DNA from: Candidatus Latescibacterota bacterium | GTDB lineage: Bacteria > Latescibacterota > UBA2968 | Assembly (NCBI GenBank): GCA_965204375.1 | Contig: OZ241986.1 | Location: forward strand, 1,728,001-1,792,000 | Direction: 5' to 3' | DNA: 64,000 bases | Shown: piece by piece, positions 29,146 through 39,365 of the stretch | Layout: each line of letters starts with the position of its first letter | Numbering within the stretch: the first letter of the stretch is position 1 | Notes under the pieces: model-generated | The model's database searches: none | Seen by the model: only the letters and a program-made list of their open reading frames with translations | Told to the model about the DNA's origin: nothing | Translations under genes and position numbers: made by a program

Positions 29146-30069
29146 CTACAACTTCCTCAACTCTGCAAGTGATGGAAAGGCATGGCGCTCCCACACCCGC
29201 ACGATCACCCCATCCACGATATAAGCCAGTCGCGGATAGCCATGCCCCCGGGTCAACCGCTTGAAATCGGCAATAGAAATGGCGGCGATGGCAAAGCGCG
29301 GTTGGAACTGAATTTTGAACTGCATAGTATCGGGATGGTCTTTGGGATATTGGCTCAAAGCAATCAATTTGGGCACCTCTGGATCGGCAGCCCATGCATT
29401 GAGCTTGGGCACGGCGACCTGGCAATAGTGGCAACCTGGACTGAACAACTCAATCAGATAGTCTCCCCGCGTCAAATCGATATCCGCATCCAACAGAGAG
29501 ACACCTTTCAGATAATCACCCACCTGCAGGTCTGAATCGGCTATGCGATCACGCTCGGGCAAATAGCGAAAACCCAGCACCGTTAGAGAAACCAATCCAC
29601 CGACCAGAACCACCCATCGCCCCCATGCCCATAGCGCAACAGACCGCCGGCGCAGACCCCAATAAGAAAAGACCAGCAACCCCAGCATGAGAAAATTTTC
29701 CGCCATCGCCTCACCCGGCGAGCGTTCGACCAGCGTGCCAAAACACCCGCAACTCTCCCCCATCCCCTGTTTCCATGCCTGAGCGGTAATCACAAGAAAA
29801 AAAACCATCATTACCGCACCGATGGGCAAAAAGAGACGCGGCTTCCAATCGACCAGAAGCGCGAGACCCACCAGGCATTCCAGCGGCCCGAGCAACAGAG
29901 CGAACCTGGCGACCGTTTCCACTGTCTCGCGCCCGACAAAAATTTGGGCGGGCGTCACAGCCTCCCAAAAAAAGAGCACGGGATCCCATATCTTAGTTAG
30001 ACCAGCCACCAGAAAAACCACACCCATAATCCGCTGGCTTACCCACAGGCTCTTTTCTAATCCACTCAT
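29146..30069 (-). CDS. DoxX/MauE membrane protein fused to a thioredoxin-like domain
   Basis: FLVAGLTKIWDP, CGCFG, C-terminal CHYC. Confidence 0.82.
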   Translation of the reverse strand: MSGLEKSLWVSQRIMGVVFLVAGLTKIWDPVLFFWEAVTPAQIFVGRETVETVARFALLLGPLECLVGLALLVDWKPRLFLPIGAVMMVFFLVITAQAWKQGMGESCGCFGTLVERSPGEAMAENFLMLGLLVFSYWGLRRRSVALWAWGRWVVLVGGLVSLTVLGFRYLPERDRIADSDLQVGDYLKGVSLLDADIDLTRGDYLIELFSPGCHYCQVAVPKLNAWAADPEVPKLIALSQYPKDHPDTMQFKIQFQPRFAIAAISIADFKRLTRGHGYPRLAYIVDGVIVRVWERHAFPSLAELRKL

Positions 30070-30083
30070 AGATGTTTCCTCTT

Positions 30084-30914
30084 TCAGTTAATAAATAACG
30101 GCTGATCGGATCGCGGTACAATACCCGCTTCTTCCGCACGCGCAAAAAGATCGACCAGTGCAGCCTCACCATCTGCGCCATAATCCAACGTGTAGTCATT
30201 GACGTAGAGATCGATGTGTTGCTGTATCACGGCTTCGTCTATCTCCTGTGCGTGCTGGCGAATGTAATTTTTAACTGCACCAAGATTAGAATGTGCATAC
30301 TCCACACTGGCGCAAAGAGATACATCAATCTGTTGAATTTTTTCTACACCGAGATCGCGTCGGGCGAGAATACCGCCGAGCGGAATGGGATGTCCCGTAG
30401 ATCCCTCCCACCATTCGCCCAGGTCAATGACTTTGTGCAGACCATAATCGGGATAGGTAAATCGCGATTCGTGGATAATCACGCCGGCATCAATATCACC
30501 TTTTTGCGTGGCCTCCATAATCTCGTGAAAAGGCATTGCGACGAGGTTGTCAAGCGCGGGATTAAAGAGACGCAGCAAGAGCGCAGCCGTGGTGAGCTCG
30601 CCTGGAATAGCGATGCGTTTTCCCAACAAATCGCGTGGATCAAGGGAGTCGGACGCGATAACGAGCGGGCCACACCCGCGCCCCAATGCCCCCCCTGAAT
30701 GCAACAGGCAATACCGGTCTCGCATAAATGCAAGCGCGTGGAATGATATTTTGGTCATATCCAATTTACCTGCCATAGCCATGCGATTCAAGGTCTCAAT
30801 ATCTTCGAGAATCTCGCGGCATCTGGGCGCGCCGTCAATTTTCCCGTGAACCAGACCGTAAAAAATATACGTGTCATTGGGACAAGGAGAATAACCGAGA
30901 GAAATGCGAGACAT
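30084..30914 (-). CDS. mqnD: 1,4-dihydroxy-6-naphthoate synthase (futalosine pathway)
   Basis: YSPCPNDTYIF, DIETLN, GRGCGP, IIHESRFTY, HIDLYVN. Confidence 0.94.
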   Translation of the reverse strand: MSRISLGYSPCPNDTYIFYGLVHGKIDGAPRCREILEDIETLNRMAMAGKLDMTKISFHALAFMRDRYCLLHSGGALGRGCGPLVIASDSLDPRDLLGKRIAIPGELTTAALLLRLFNPALDNLVAMPFHEIMEATQKGDIDAGVIIHESRFTYPDYGLHKVIDLGEWWEGSTGHPIPLGGILARRDLGVEKIQQIDVSLCASVEYAHSNLGAVKNYIRQHAQEIDEAVIQQHIDLYVNDYTLDYGADGEAALVDLFARAEEAGIVPRSDQPLFIN

Positions 30915-30927
30915 GGTGAACCTCGTG

Positions 30928-31647
30928 TCATAGGGCCTCAATGAATTTTCGCGCTGCGATTTGCACCCTCTGGACAGCGCGAGGAATATCCCAGGCGTCA
31001 TTGTTGCGATCTTCTACAAGATTACTAATAGCGCGCAATTCGAGAAATGGAACGGCATAAAGCGTGCAGACATGCGCTGCAGCCGCGCCCTCCATGTTTT
31101 CACATATCGCATTGAAACGCGCTGCCAGTTCATTGCCAATATCCACGCGCCCCGTACATTGTTGCACCGAAACAAAAGGACCCTGCACAACGCGTTCACC
31201 CGATTGTTCGAGTATGTGTTGCGCTCTGGCGACAAGCGCGGGATCAATAGGATACACATTGTAATAATCGCGGTTGGTCGATAGGACGGGAATGCCGATC
31301 TCATCGGCAGGCAACCAGCCAGCAGGTGTGATAACACCTAAATCGCCATAATTTTCCTCGGTTGCAAGTGCGAGATCGCCCTTGTCCAGGCCACTGCCGA
31401 GATAAGCACCACCAATGCCGATTTGCAAGACGAGTTCAGGATCGATTTTTTGCAGTGCAACAGTCAGAGCCTGCGCCGTATTGACCGCGCCAATACCCGT
31501 TTCAACCAAAACAACGGGCCTGATGCCAATCATACCGCGAACCCAGGCGCGATGTCCCCTGCGCTGTGTTGTCACCTCTTGAAGGCTATCGCGCAAACGC
31601 TGTTGCTCATAAGCCGTCGCTGTCAGGATGAGCAGAGGATCGGGCAT
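30928..31647 (-). CDS. mqnB: Futalosine hydrolase
   Basis: PNP/MTAN fold, GIGAVN, GIGGAY, ENMEGAAAA, RAISNLVEDR; adjacent to mqnD. Confidence 0.9.
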   Translation of the reverse strand: MPDPLLILTATAYEQQRLRDSLQEVTTQRRGHRAWVRGMIGIRPVVLVETGIGAVNTAQALTVALQKIDPELVLQIGIGGAYLGSGLDKGDLALATEENYGDLGVITPAGWLPADEIGIPVLSTNRDYYNVYPIDPALVARAQHILEQSGERVVQGPFVSVQQCTGRVDIGNELAARFNAICENMEGAAAAHVCTLYAVPFLELRAISNLVEDRNNDAWDIPRAVQRVQIAARKFIEAL

Positions 31648-31657
31648 GGTCGAGCAC

Positions 31658-32677
31658 CTAAAAAGAAAAGGGCATCTTCAGAGGCACGGTTCGCCGTGCA
31701 GATTCATACCATCCCTGAGGTGCGAAATGGTCGGAATGCAAATAGCATTTTACATCTACCTGATCACACCCCTCGGTAAAGGTCAAAACGCGACTCATCG
31801 GCACGTTCTTTTGCCCGTGAAATTTTGAAATCGCAGCGACGTTAATAAATGTCGCGCCCCACTTCTGTTCCACATGCGAACGTCCGCCGGTCGTATCTTC
31901 GGGATTTGTATGCGTGTGTCCACCCAGCCAGATATCACAAACACCGGGATTATCCGCCAGAACGCCTTCAAATTGTCCGCTATCTGGTTTGCCACCCACC
32001 CAGTAGAGATACGAAGCCCCGATAGGCGCGCCATCGTCAAAACGACCGTGATAGCCTTCATCTACCCCCACCCAATCGAGCGAAGCAACCGTCGTCTCTT
32101 TTAACATATGGTGATGCGCGGAAATGATAATTCTATCCCGATTGGAAAGCACCATATCGCGCCACCATTCAAATGTCTCCTGCGTGACTGCACCTGCGGG
32201 ATAACCGCCCCTTTTCCCCCGTCCCACAGGTGGCCCACCGTCATTGCGATCACCCATGCACAAAAACAGGATATTGCCCACCTGAAAAGAATACCGATCC
32301 CACTGCCCGGTTACGGAAAACGGTCGCTGGGCGGCATAAACTCCCGAATATTCGGAGTTCACACCCATCGGATCCACCCACTTTTGAAACCACCACTGAG
32401 TCTCTTCATCGGGACCACTCGCATCGTGATTGCCCACGATATTGTAAAAATGCGATCGCGGATGCTTGGTCGATACACTGTATTGTCGAATCACCTCCTC
32501 GCCTTCTTCATCATCGGGCGGTTCCTGCGCGCCGGATAGATCGCCAATATCGAGCATCACATCCCATTCAAAATCCCGCTCTGCCTGCAAAATGGCTGTT
32601 TCTAAACTCTTTCGCCCCCGCCGCAAATCCGTTCCCACATGTGCATCTCCACCGGCCCAGAGTGTAAATGCGTTCAT
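31658..32677 (-). CDS. Calcineurin-like metallophosphoesterase
   Basis: GDAH, GDL, GNHD, HH, GHTH motifs. Confidence 0.85.
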   Translation of the reverse strand: MNAFTLWAGGDAHVGTDLRRGRKSLETAILQAERDFEWDVMLDIGDLSGAQEPPDDEEGEEVIRQYSVSTKHPRSHFYNIVGNHDASGPDEETQWWFQKWVDPMGVNSEYSGVYAAQRPFSVTGQWDRYSFQVGNILFLCMGDRNDGGPPVGRGKRGGYPAGAVTQETFEWWRDMVLSNRDRIIISAHHHMLKETTVASLDWVGVDEGYHGRFDDGAPIGASYLYWVGGKPDSGQFEGVLADNPGVCDIWLGGHTHTNPEDTTGGRSHVEQKWGATFINVAAISKFHGQKNVPMSRVLTFTEGCDQVDVKCYLHSDHFAPQGWYESARRTVPLKMPFSF

Positions 32678-33549
32678 TGCGCCCCCCGCCAACCGATATC
32701 AATACTCGTGTACCCATCGGTATATCGCTTCAAATGGTCCGGTATATTTTTCAAAAACCACTGGCCTGATTCCGGTATCTCCCACGGAATATCGATCCTG
32801 TGATTGCGATCTCTAAACCCAATCGCGCACGAAAGGCGCGTATCCTTCAACCGGTTGGGAAATGCCCCGTGGTACGTGCGGTGGGCAAACACAATCATAT
32901 CTCCCCCATTTGTGAACAGAGGCACCAACCCCGGAATATCAAACCCCGCGTAGCGATGTTCTTCCTCACCTTCGGGATAAAACGAGCGTCGATCTGTCGT
33001 CAGCTTAAATCCTTCGGGACCATCCCATCCCTCCACATGGGAATCTTCGATCACGCACAGACCGCCGTGAACCGGGCGCGATCCCGTCAGATAAAACCAC
33101 TTGCCCGACGGCCAGAGTCCGCGATTCAACACATCGCCCGAGTTCAAAATTTTATCGGAATAGCCACACCAATCGGTATGCCACCCCACGGGCTGAGACC
33201 CCGACATGCGGATAATCGCAGCAGAGCGATGGACGGTCATATCATTTGTGCCAATCAAATGCCGGTGAATAGCCATGAATGGCTCGTATTCCAAAAGCTC
33301 CCATGCACCTGGTCCAGATTCGATCCACGCATGTCGCGTACGACTCTGCCCGCCCGCTAACGTCCCGTCTGGATCTGTGCCGTCAAACACTGCCTGCTTG
33401 AGCTTTTCGACAATCTCATCCGGTAACACATCTTTAATAATCGCAAACCCGTGCGCCTCCAGGCATTCGGACATTGCATCGAGTTCATCTGTAGCAAACT
33501 CATAGCAATAGCCCAAATCGGGCTTTTTAATATGTGAATAGTCTGACAT
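32674..33549 (-). CDS. PhyH-family Fe(II)/2OG dioxygenase
   Basis: WHTD, GGLCVIEDSH, HRTYHGAFPN...R. Confidence 0.87.
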   Translation of the reverse strand: MSDYSHIKKPDLGYCYEFATDELDAMSECLEAHGFAIIKDVLPDEIVEKLKQAVFDGTDPDGTLAGGQSRTRHAWIESGPGAWELLEYEPFMAIHRHLIGTNDMTVHRSAAIIRMSGSQPVGWHTDWCGYSDKILNSGDVLNRGLWPSGKWFYLTGSRPVHGGLCVIEDSHVEGWDGPEGFKLTTDRRSFYPEGEEEHRYAGFDIPGLVPLFTNGGDMIVFAHRTYHGAFPNRLKDTRLSCAIGFRDRNHRIDIPWEIPESGQWFLKNIPDHLKRYTDGYTSIDIGWRGAQ

Positions 33550-33566
33550 TTTTCCCTCCATTGATA

Positions 33567-33695
33567 ATCGCGGATGAAACGGATGGCGCGGATGACGCGG
33601 ATGATTCGGCGGTTTAGCGCGTATTTTGATACAGAACCGCGTTGAGTGAATTAAATTGCATTCATCTGCGTCTATCTGCGTCTATCTGCGGATCA
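33567..33695. repeat. Nonamer/decamer tandem-repeat element with inverted arms
   Basis: cgcggatgaaacggatggcgcggatgacgcggatga ... tctgcgtctatctgcgtctatctgcgga; overlaps the 3' end of the oxidoreductase gene. Confidence 0.7.
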
Positions 33696-34693
33696 GAAGA
33701 CAGAGCATTGCCATCTGTCACCTGGCATCCGGACAACAATACTTCTTGCACGGTCAAATCGTGTGTTTGAGAATAATCCGGTTCTTTCTCGCCATTCATA
33801 CACGCCCTCAACTCCCTCAACAGCGTTGGAAAACTATCGGGAGGTTCAATCTCCAATTCCTGCCAGCCGCTCTGATATCCTTCGGCTTCCACTTCCAAAC
33901 ACAAACTCAGATTATTGGAGCCTATGGGCGCGTGAATCGCGGTTCCCGCTGTCCCGTGAACCTCAATCCGCCGCGCCATACCCACCTGCATAGCGGCCAT
34001 GTCAATCGTGCCGAGACCGCGTTCAAAATCGTGTACCACAACCGCATTGTCAACGACAGTTCGTTTGCCGTAATGTTTTCGGAGAATGGGATGTACATCT
34101 GACGGGCGCCCCATCAGAGCCACCATAATATCTACGAGATGACCCGCCATTTCAAAATAAATCCCCCCGTGATAAATACCGTTCTCCTCTTCCAACTCCG
34201 TGCGCCAACTGTGGGGCTTTGGGATATGCCCGCGGTAAGCGTAAATATCACCCAATACACCCAACTTTGCCAATCGAATAATCTCGTGAACAGCCGGATT
34301 ATAACGCCACATATAGGCCAAATTGAGGACCAATTGTTTGTCCGATGCCAATTTCTGGATGCGCTTAAACTGGTCCAGACTAACACCCGCAGGTTTTTCC
34401 AGCAATACATGCTTGCCTGCGGTGAGTGCTTGTTCGGCATAATCCAGGTTCTGATAGACATGCCCTTCTACAATAACGGCATCAACCTCACTGTTTAACA
34501 CCGCGTCAACCGAACCAAAAACGGGAATATCCAGCCCCTCTTCTGCACTCTTTTCCCGCCTGATCGCAATCACTGAGGGATCGGGATCGTACATGCCAAT
34601 GAACGCAACCTCATCGGGCGATCGCGCAGCTTCGCGCAAGTGCATACCCGTATGACTGTGCCAACACCCCAAGAACGCAACTTTTAATGCCAT
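33662..34693 (-). CDS. Gfo/Idh/MocA oxidoreductase
   Basis: AGKHVLLEKP, FEMAGHLVD. Confidence 0.9.
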   Translation of the reverse strand: MALKVAFLGCWHSHTGMHLREAARSPDEVAFIGMYDPDPSVIAIRREKSAEEGLDIPVFGSVDAVLNSEVDAVIVEGHVYQNLDYAEQALTAGKHVLLEKPAGVSLDQFKRIQKLASDKQLVLNLAYMWRYNPAVHEIIRLAKLGVLGDIYAYRGHIPKPHSWRTELEEENGIYHGGIYFEMAGHLVDIMVALMGRPSDVHPILRKHYGKRTVVDNAVVVHDFERGLGTIDMAAMQVGMARRIEVHGTAGTAIHAPIGSNNLSLCLEVEAEGYQSGWQELEIEPPDSFPTLLRELRACMNGEKEPDYSQTHDLTVQEVLLSGCQVTDGNALSSDPQIDADRRR

Positions 34694-34707
34694 TGAAAAC
34701 TCCTTTA

Positions 34708-37401
34708 TTATTTCATCTCAAAATCCCCCGAACCAACCGCGTGTCGTTCTACACTCCCCTCTCGAATGGTCACAAACGCCGATGTCTGAATCTGCAATTG
34801 CACTGTGCCCTCAATCTCCCGAAGCGGAAAAAAGCAATGCGCCGCCCCCGTATTTGTAATGCGAAAACCGGGATCGTCTTCGAGAATGACCTGCCCACCC
34901 TCCATGCGTTGAACGCGCAACCCGCGCGTCGTGCCATCGCCAAATGTCACCACAGCAACAGCGCCATCTATGTCACCTATTTCAGGCGTAACATTCACGA
35001 CCAACGCATGATACGGCGCACCATCCTGTATTCGCAATACATCTGTAACCCGCCCCGTATAGATACCTCCACCTGTTAATCGCGCTGTTTTCCATTGCAC
35101 CTTCTCCCCACCCCATAAACCCATAACTCGCGCCTCACCATCCTGTTCGCGCACAAAACCGACTTCGCCTTGAAAAGAGAGATTGCCCCTGTGAAAGACT
35201 TCAGTTCCAGGTTGTATAACAATGTGATCCGTCCCCTCCCGATGGCGCACTTTCAGGTACACACCGCGCTCGCCAACATCCTCCGCCTCAACAGAATCGA
35301 CAAACGCTTTATCCCGAAACGGTTCGTGAACAGCCGTGAATCGACTCGACGATCGACCTTTTTCTCGAACCATCAACATGGGCATGCGAAAGTGATCGAG
35401 CAGCGGTTCATCTTCGTCTGCGCGCCGCACAGAAGGCGCGTCGCCCACAAAAAGTTCGCTGTTCCTCAACCCCATAAGATGAATACGCACGGCAACAGCA
35501 TCATTTCCCTGAAAGGTGACGCGCGCATCCTCTGCGCGATCGCTGTGTAACACATTCTGGAAAAATGCAAGCGCGACATTCCGCCCCTCTGCATCCCCCC
35601 GGTCGCGTTCGTATTCTGGGAACCGCACCTTCACACCCGGCAAAAGGTTTTCGCCATAGTGCTGCAAAGGCACACTGACCTCTGCCCGCATATCGCCATC
35701 CGCGCTTCCGTGCATCACCCAATCTCGCTGATCGCCGCCCCGAACGCGAAATACATCAACCACATAGTGATCCTCTTCCCCCGCATTTACAAGCATGACC
35801 AATCGTCGATATTCTTCGGCAAGCCCGGGATACACATCCTCTCCACTCGCTTCTACCCATTGCACCGCGTCATAAGCGGCTTCAAAAGCCAGTAGAGAAC
35901 CGTCTGTTATGTCCCTTCTATCGGTGTGCTGCTCTTTTTCATTGATCAATACGGTATTGTGACACAAGGTGCTCGCTGCCCAGCTTCGGTATCGGGTATG
36001 GGTATAGCCCACATCGGAGAGTAGTTCCTGCCCTCTGGCAAAAAGCATCAGATTCAAATTGTCCGCATGGGCATGCCCATAAGTCCCCGAAAAATGCAGA
36101 TGCACCTGTATTTGATGTTCGCCCATCCCCCTACCCAACCACGCATGCCCAACACCCGGCAGCAATGTAGAATGCGATTGTTCAAGCGGTTTGACATTGG
36201 GATCGACTCGTCGGCTATCCAACCGCGCCCAGGCATCGTGCATGGGAATCCATCGCCCATCTGGATATCTGCAAATATCCAGAAGCTGATTTGCCTTTTT
36301 TACGATGGCAATATCTCGCTCCAAATCGAGGTTGTCGTATCGCACGCCATCGTCCGATATATAACCCAATGGGTCGGAATACCCTTTCAGCGCGTCAAAA
36401 ACTCCCTGCATACCCGCCATTGTCATTCGGTGGTACCCCAAACTGCCTTCATGCCAGAATCCATCCGCATAAAATTGACGCTCAAACAGCCCAATACTGC
36501 GTCGAACCGCTTCATGTACCAGTTCTGGATCGTCCAAAACTCGGCCAATCACCGCATACCCGACATAAATTCGGGGGCTTGCATTGCCATAAGTAATCTC
36601 GTGAAAACCTTCCTGGCGAATAGCCCCGCGAAAAAAATTGTCCTCAATCCGCTGCTTAACATCGGTCCCAATCGCATCGGACAATCGCTCCAATTCACCA
36701 CTTGCATAAATCGCATCATAGGCCATAGCCAGATTAGTCGGCATTTCATCAGCGCGCCACCGCCCCCACTTTCCCCCAAAATTTGGATAGGGCGGTTCAA
36801 ATACAAATCCCTTCTGTTCGTGTGCCCGATCATAACTCACCAGAAAACCCGGATAATACCGCGCGAATGCGTCCAGAATCAGAGCCGCGCGTCGCGCATA
36901 CGTCGCATCTCCTGTTGCCTGGTACAACTGCCCCAAATCTTCCGCAATCGCCGCAAAATACACACGCGCTTCCCGCCATGCCTTTGCCTGAAAGTAATAC
37001 CGAAATCCCGTCTCATCTTCCCAAAATGGGTATGTCACCGTCTCACCCACCGGATTGACGACCATCAGTATCTGATCATCGGGATACACCTCATTGGGAA
37101 ACACCATCTCGCAATAGCGGCACTGCACGCGATGTGGATCTTTAATTGACCACCGCAACTGCCCTTCCTGAGCACCCGCATCACAATCGGGACATCCCAC
37201 AAAACGAAACCCCGTCTTATCGGGGATCAAAGCCACCATCTCCGCTTCAGAAAGCGTCACCACCGCTCGCACGCGCCGTTTCAAACGCGCGATTTCCTTT
37301 TCAGTTAAACTCACCTGATAAACCGGGCGTTCACTGGCTTGCATAGCCAACACTCCTGTGAGAATTTGGATTATGATTAAACAGAGAATGCGTATTGACA
37401 T
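34708..37401 (-). CDS. Secreted heparinase II/III-like protein
   Basis: Signal peptide, DGFWHEGSLGYH, HAHADNL, DVGY, HNTVLIN. Confidence 0.85.
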   Translation of the reverse strand: MSIRILCLIIIQILTGVLAMQASERPVYQVSLTEKEIARLKRRVRAVVTLSEAEMVALIPDKTGFRFVGCPDCDAGAQEGQLRWSIKDPHRVQCRYCEMVFPNEVYPDDQILMVVNPVGETVTYPFWEDETGFRYYFQAKAWREARVYFAAIAEDLGQLYQATGDATYARRAALILDAFARYYPGFLVSYDRAHEQKGFVFEPPYPNFGGKWGRWRADEMPTNLAMAYDAIYASGELERLSDAIGTDVKQRIEDNFFRGAIRQEGFHEITYGNASPRIYVGYAVIGRVLDDPELVHEAVRRSIGLFERQFYADGFWHEGSLGYHRMTMAGMQGVFDALKGYSDPLGYISDDGVRYDNLDLERDIAIVKKANQLLDICRYPDGRWIPMHDAWARLDSRRVDPNVKPLEQSHSTLLPGVGHAWLGRGMGEHQIQVHLHFSGTYGHAHADNLNLMLFARGQELLSDVGYTHTRYRSWAASTLCHNTVLINEKEQHTDRRDITDGSLLAFEAAYDAVQWVEASGEDVYPGLAEEYRRLVMLVNAGEEDHYVVDVFRVRGGDQRDWVMHGSADGDMRAEVSVPLQHYGENLLPGVKVRFPEYERDRGDAEGRNVALAFFQNVLHSDRAEDARVTFQGNDAVAVRIHLMGLRNSELFVGDAPSVRRADEDEPLLDHFRMPMLMVREKGRSSSRFTAVHEPFRDKAFVDSVEAEDVGERGVYLKVRHREGTDHIVIQPGTEVFHRGNLSFQGEVGFVREQDGEARVMGLWGGEKVQWKTARLTGGGIYTGRVTDVLRIQDGAPYHALVVNVTPEIGDIDGAVAVVTFGDGTTRGLRVQRMEGGQVILEDDPGFRITNTGAAHCFFPLREIEGTVQLQIQTSAFVTIREGSVERHAVGSGDFEMK

Positions 37402-37402
37402 T

Positions 37403-38695
37403 TTAATTTCCACTCTCATCCAAACGCGCGCGAAACCCGGGCAAAAGAGCTGTTACCAGTGCAGTTGTAACCAGGGCGACACTGGTGTGTAAACCGAGGG
37501 CGATAGGCGCGCCATAGACTTCGGTGAGTTTGCCAATTTGCAGGCTGCCAAGTGGTCCTGCGCCAATGGCGAGGACGAGTGTACCCATTGCGCGGTCTCT
37601 CATATCATCGCGGGCAGCGATAAGCATTATTGAGCTTTGCATCACTGTAAAAAATGCATGCCCCAGACCGGCAAGTATGAGGAGAAAGATCGCAAGTGGA
37701 AAGGCAACCGACGTGCCGAACAGGGTGAGCGCACCAACCCAGGACGTGCTAAAGGCGAAGACAAACAGCGAAAGAGACTGGAAAAGCGATCCAGCGGAAA
37801 ATATCCAGCCGCGACTGAGGCGCGAGCGCAATATATTGACCAAATAAAGGCCAAAAAATGCTCCAATACCATTGCACGCGCCCAGCACACCGTATTCAAG
37901 TGGACCCTTGTGAAGAATATCGTGTGTAAAAATGGGCAGGATGGTCTGGTAGGGAAACGCCAGAAAATTCATGATCACAGTAATGAGCAACGTACCCATA
38001 ATCGGCTGGCTGGTACGTATGTATTGCAAGCCTTCGCGCATCAGCGTCCACGGAGAGGTTTTGAGAATCGCGGGATGACGCGGCACCTTGACGCGCAGCA
38101 TGATCAGGAATGAGATAAGGGAGATAAAAAAAATAGTGATATAACAGTCCAGTACGCCAAATAAAGCGTAAATATATCCGCTCAAAAAAGGACCAATCAT
38201 GCGAGCGATATTTTGGGTAACGCTTTCGAGCATCATCGCTTCAACCGTGCGTTGCTTGCCTACCAGGTCGGGCACCAGAGCGCGGCGAGCAGTCCAGTTG
38301 AGAGACCACGAGAGGCCAAATAGCACTGCGGCGATCGCAAGATGCCAGAACGCCAGGCGATTGGTCCAGATCAGCATCCCAATCGTTGCGAGGACCAGTA
38401 CGCTGAGCCACTGCGAAAAAATCACGATGCGAACGCGCCCAACGCTATTGATCACTGGGCCAGCGATAAAACCGACGAGCAATAGGGGAAAAGATCGGTA
38501 AAATCCAATCAGTCCGACGGCAAACGCAGAGTGGGTAATCTCAAAAACGAGCCATCCCACGACAATCATCTCCATCCACATGGCCTGCCACCAGAGCATA
38601 TTACTCAGGATCAGGTAGCGAAAACCGCGGTTGCCCAGGGGGGCAAGGGACCCTCGAAAGGAGATGACAAATTTTCCCGTTCTTCTGATGCGCAT
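37403..38695 (-). CDS. MFS transporter
   Basis: About 12 TM helices, ARRALVPDLVG, MRDRAMG. Confidence 0.9.
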   Translation of the reverse strand: MRIRRTGKFVISFRGSLAPLGNRGFRYLILSNMLWWQAMWMEMIVVGWLVFEITHSAFAVGLIGFYRSFPLLLVGFIAGPVINSVGRVRIVIFSQWLSVLVLATIGMLIWTNRLAFWHLAIAAVLFGLSWSLNWTARRALVPDLVGKQRTVEAMMLESVTQNIARMIGPFLSGYIYALFGVLDCYITIFFISLISFLIMLRVKVPRHPAILKTSPWTLMREGLQYIRTSQPIMGTLLITVIMNFLAFPYQTILPIFTHDILHKGPLEYGVLGACNGIGAFFGLYLVNILRSRLSRGWIFSAGSLFQSLSLFVFAFSTSWVGALTLFGTSVAFPLAIFLLILAGLGHAFFTVMQSSIMLIAARDDMRDRAMGTLVLAIGAGPLGSLQIGKLTEVYGAPIALGLHTSVALVTTALVTALLPGFRARLDESGN

Positions 38696-38761
38696 GGCCG
38701 AGTTTCAAATCCACCCTTCAGAACATGGAGAATATAACCCGTTGCGATGACCTCTGCTCTT

Positions 38762-39334
38762 TTACCGCCCAATCTCAAAATTACGCGCCACGGCCCGTGC
38801 CATGGTCACGAGAACATCGCTGTCGATGCGCTCGCGATAATTGGGATTAATATATTGAAATTGGATCTTGCGATTGGGTGCTATCACAAAGACCGATGGC
38901 ACGGGTAAAGAGCGTCTTCTGTTATTCATAAACGCAACACCATAAGCCTTTGCCGCTTCAAATTCCACATCCGATAATAGCGCAAAATTGAGGCCCACTC
39001 GATCGCGCATCTCAGCCAATTTTTCAGGTGGGTCGGGCGCAATAGCAATAATTTCAAAACCCGCCTCCTCCAACTGTGACTTCAGTTCTTGCAGTTGTCC
39101 CAACTGCCGTCGGCAGTGCGGTCACCAGTATCCGCGATAAAAAACCAAAACCGTCGGCTTTTTGTGCGCACCCAGGTCAAAATTCCGTCCATTCGCATCG
39201 ACGAGCGTCAGCGCAGGAACTTCGTCGCCAACCATCAGGGGATGCACTTTATTGGGCGCATCGGGCAATTGCGCGTGCCCCCATCCAAAAGTACCAAACA
39301 CCATCAGCAACGCCATCCAGATTATTTTCTTCAT
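38762..39334 (-). CDS. Peroxiredoxin-like (AhpC/TSA) protein, probable selenoprotein (in-frame TGA at 39124-39122), 190 aa
   Basis: Two in-frame ORFs joined across TGA give VFYRGYW-U-PHCRRQLGQLQE; signal peptide; hairpin immediately 3' of the TGA. Confidence 0.85.
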
Positions 39335-39365
39335 AAAAATCTCCTCTGTATGTAAATAACGAATA

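Noticed and set aside
36067-37149. Long antisense ORFs such as this 360-aa one and others in the track
   Set aside because: They are shadows of well-supported opposite-strand genes and carry no motifs
39122-39124. Genome-wide TGA reassignment (genetic code 4 or 25)
   Set aside because: Many genes here end in TGA at the expected length, often overlapping the next start
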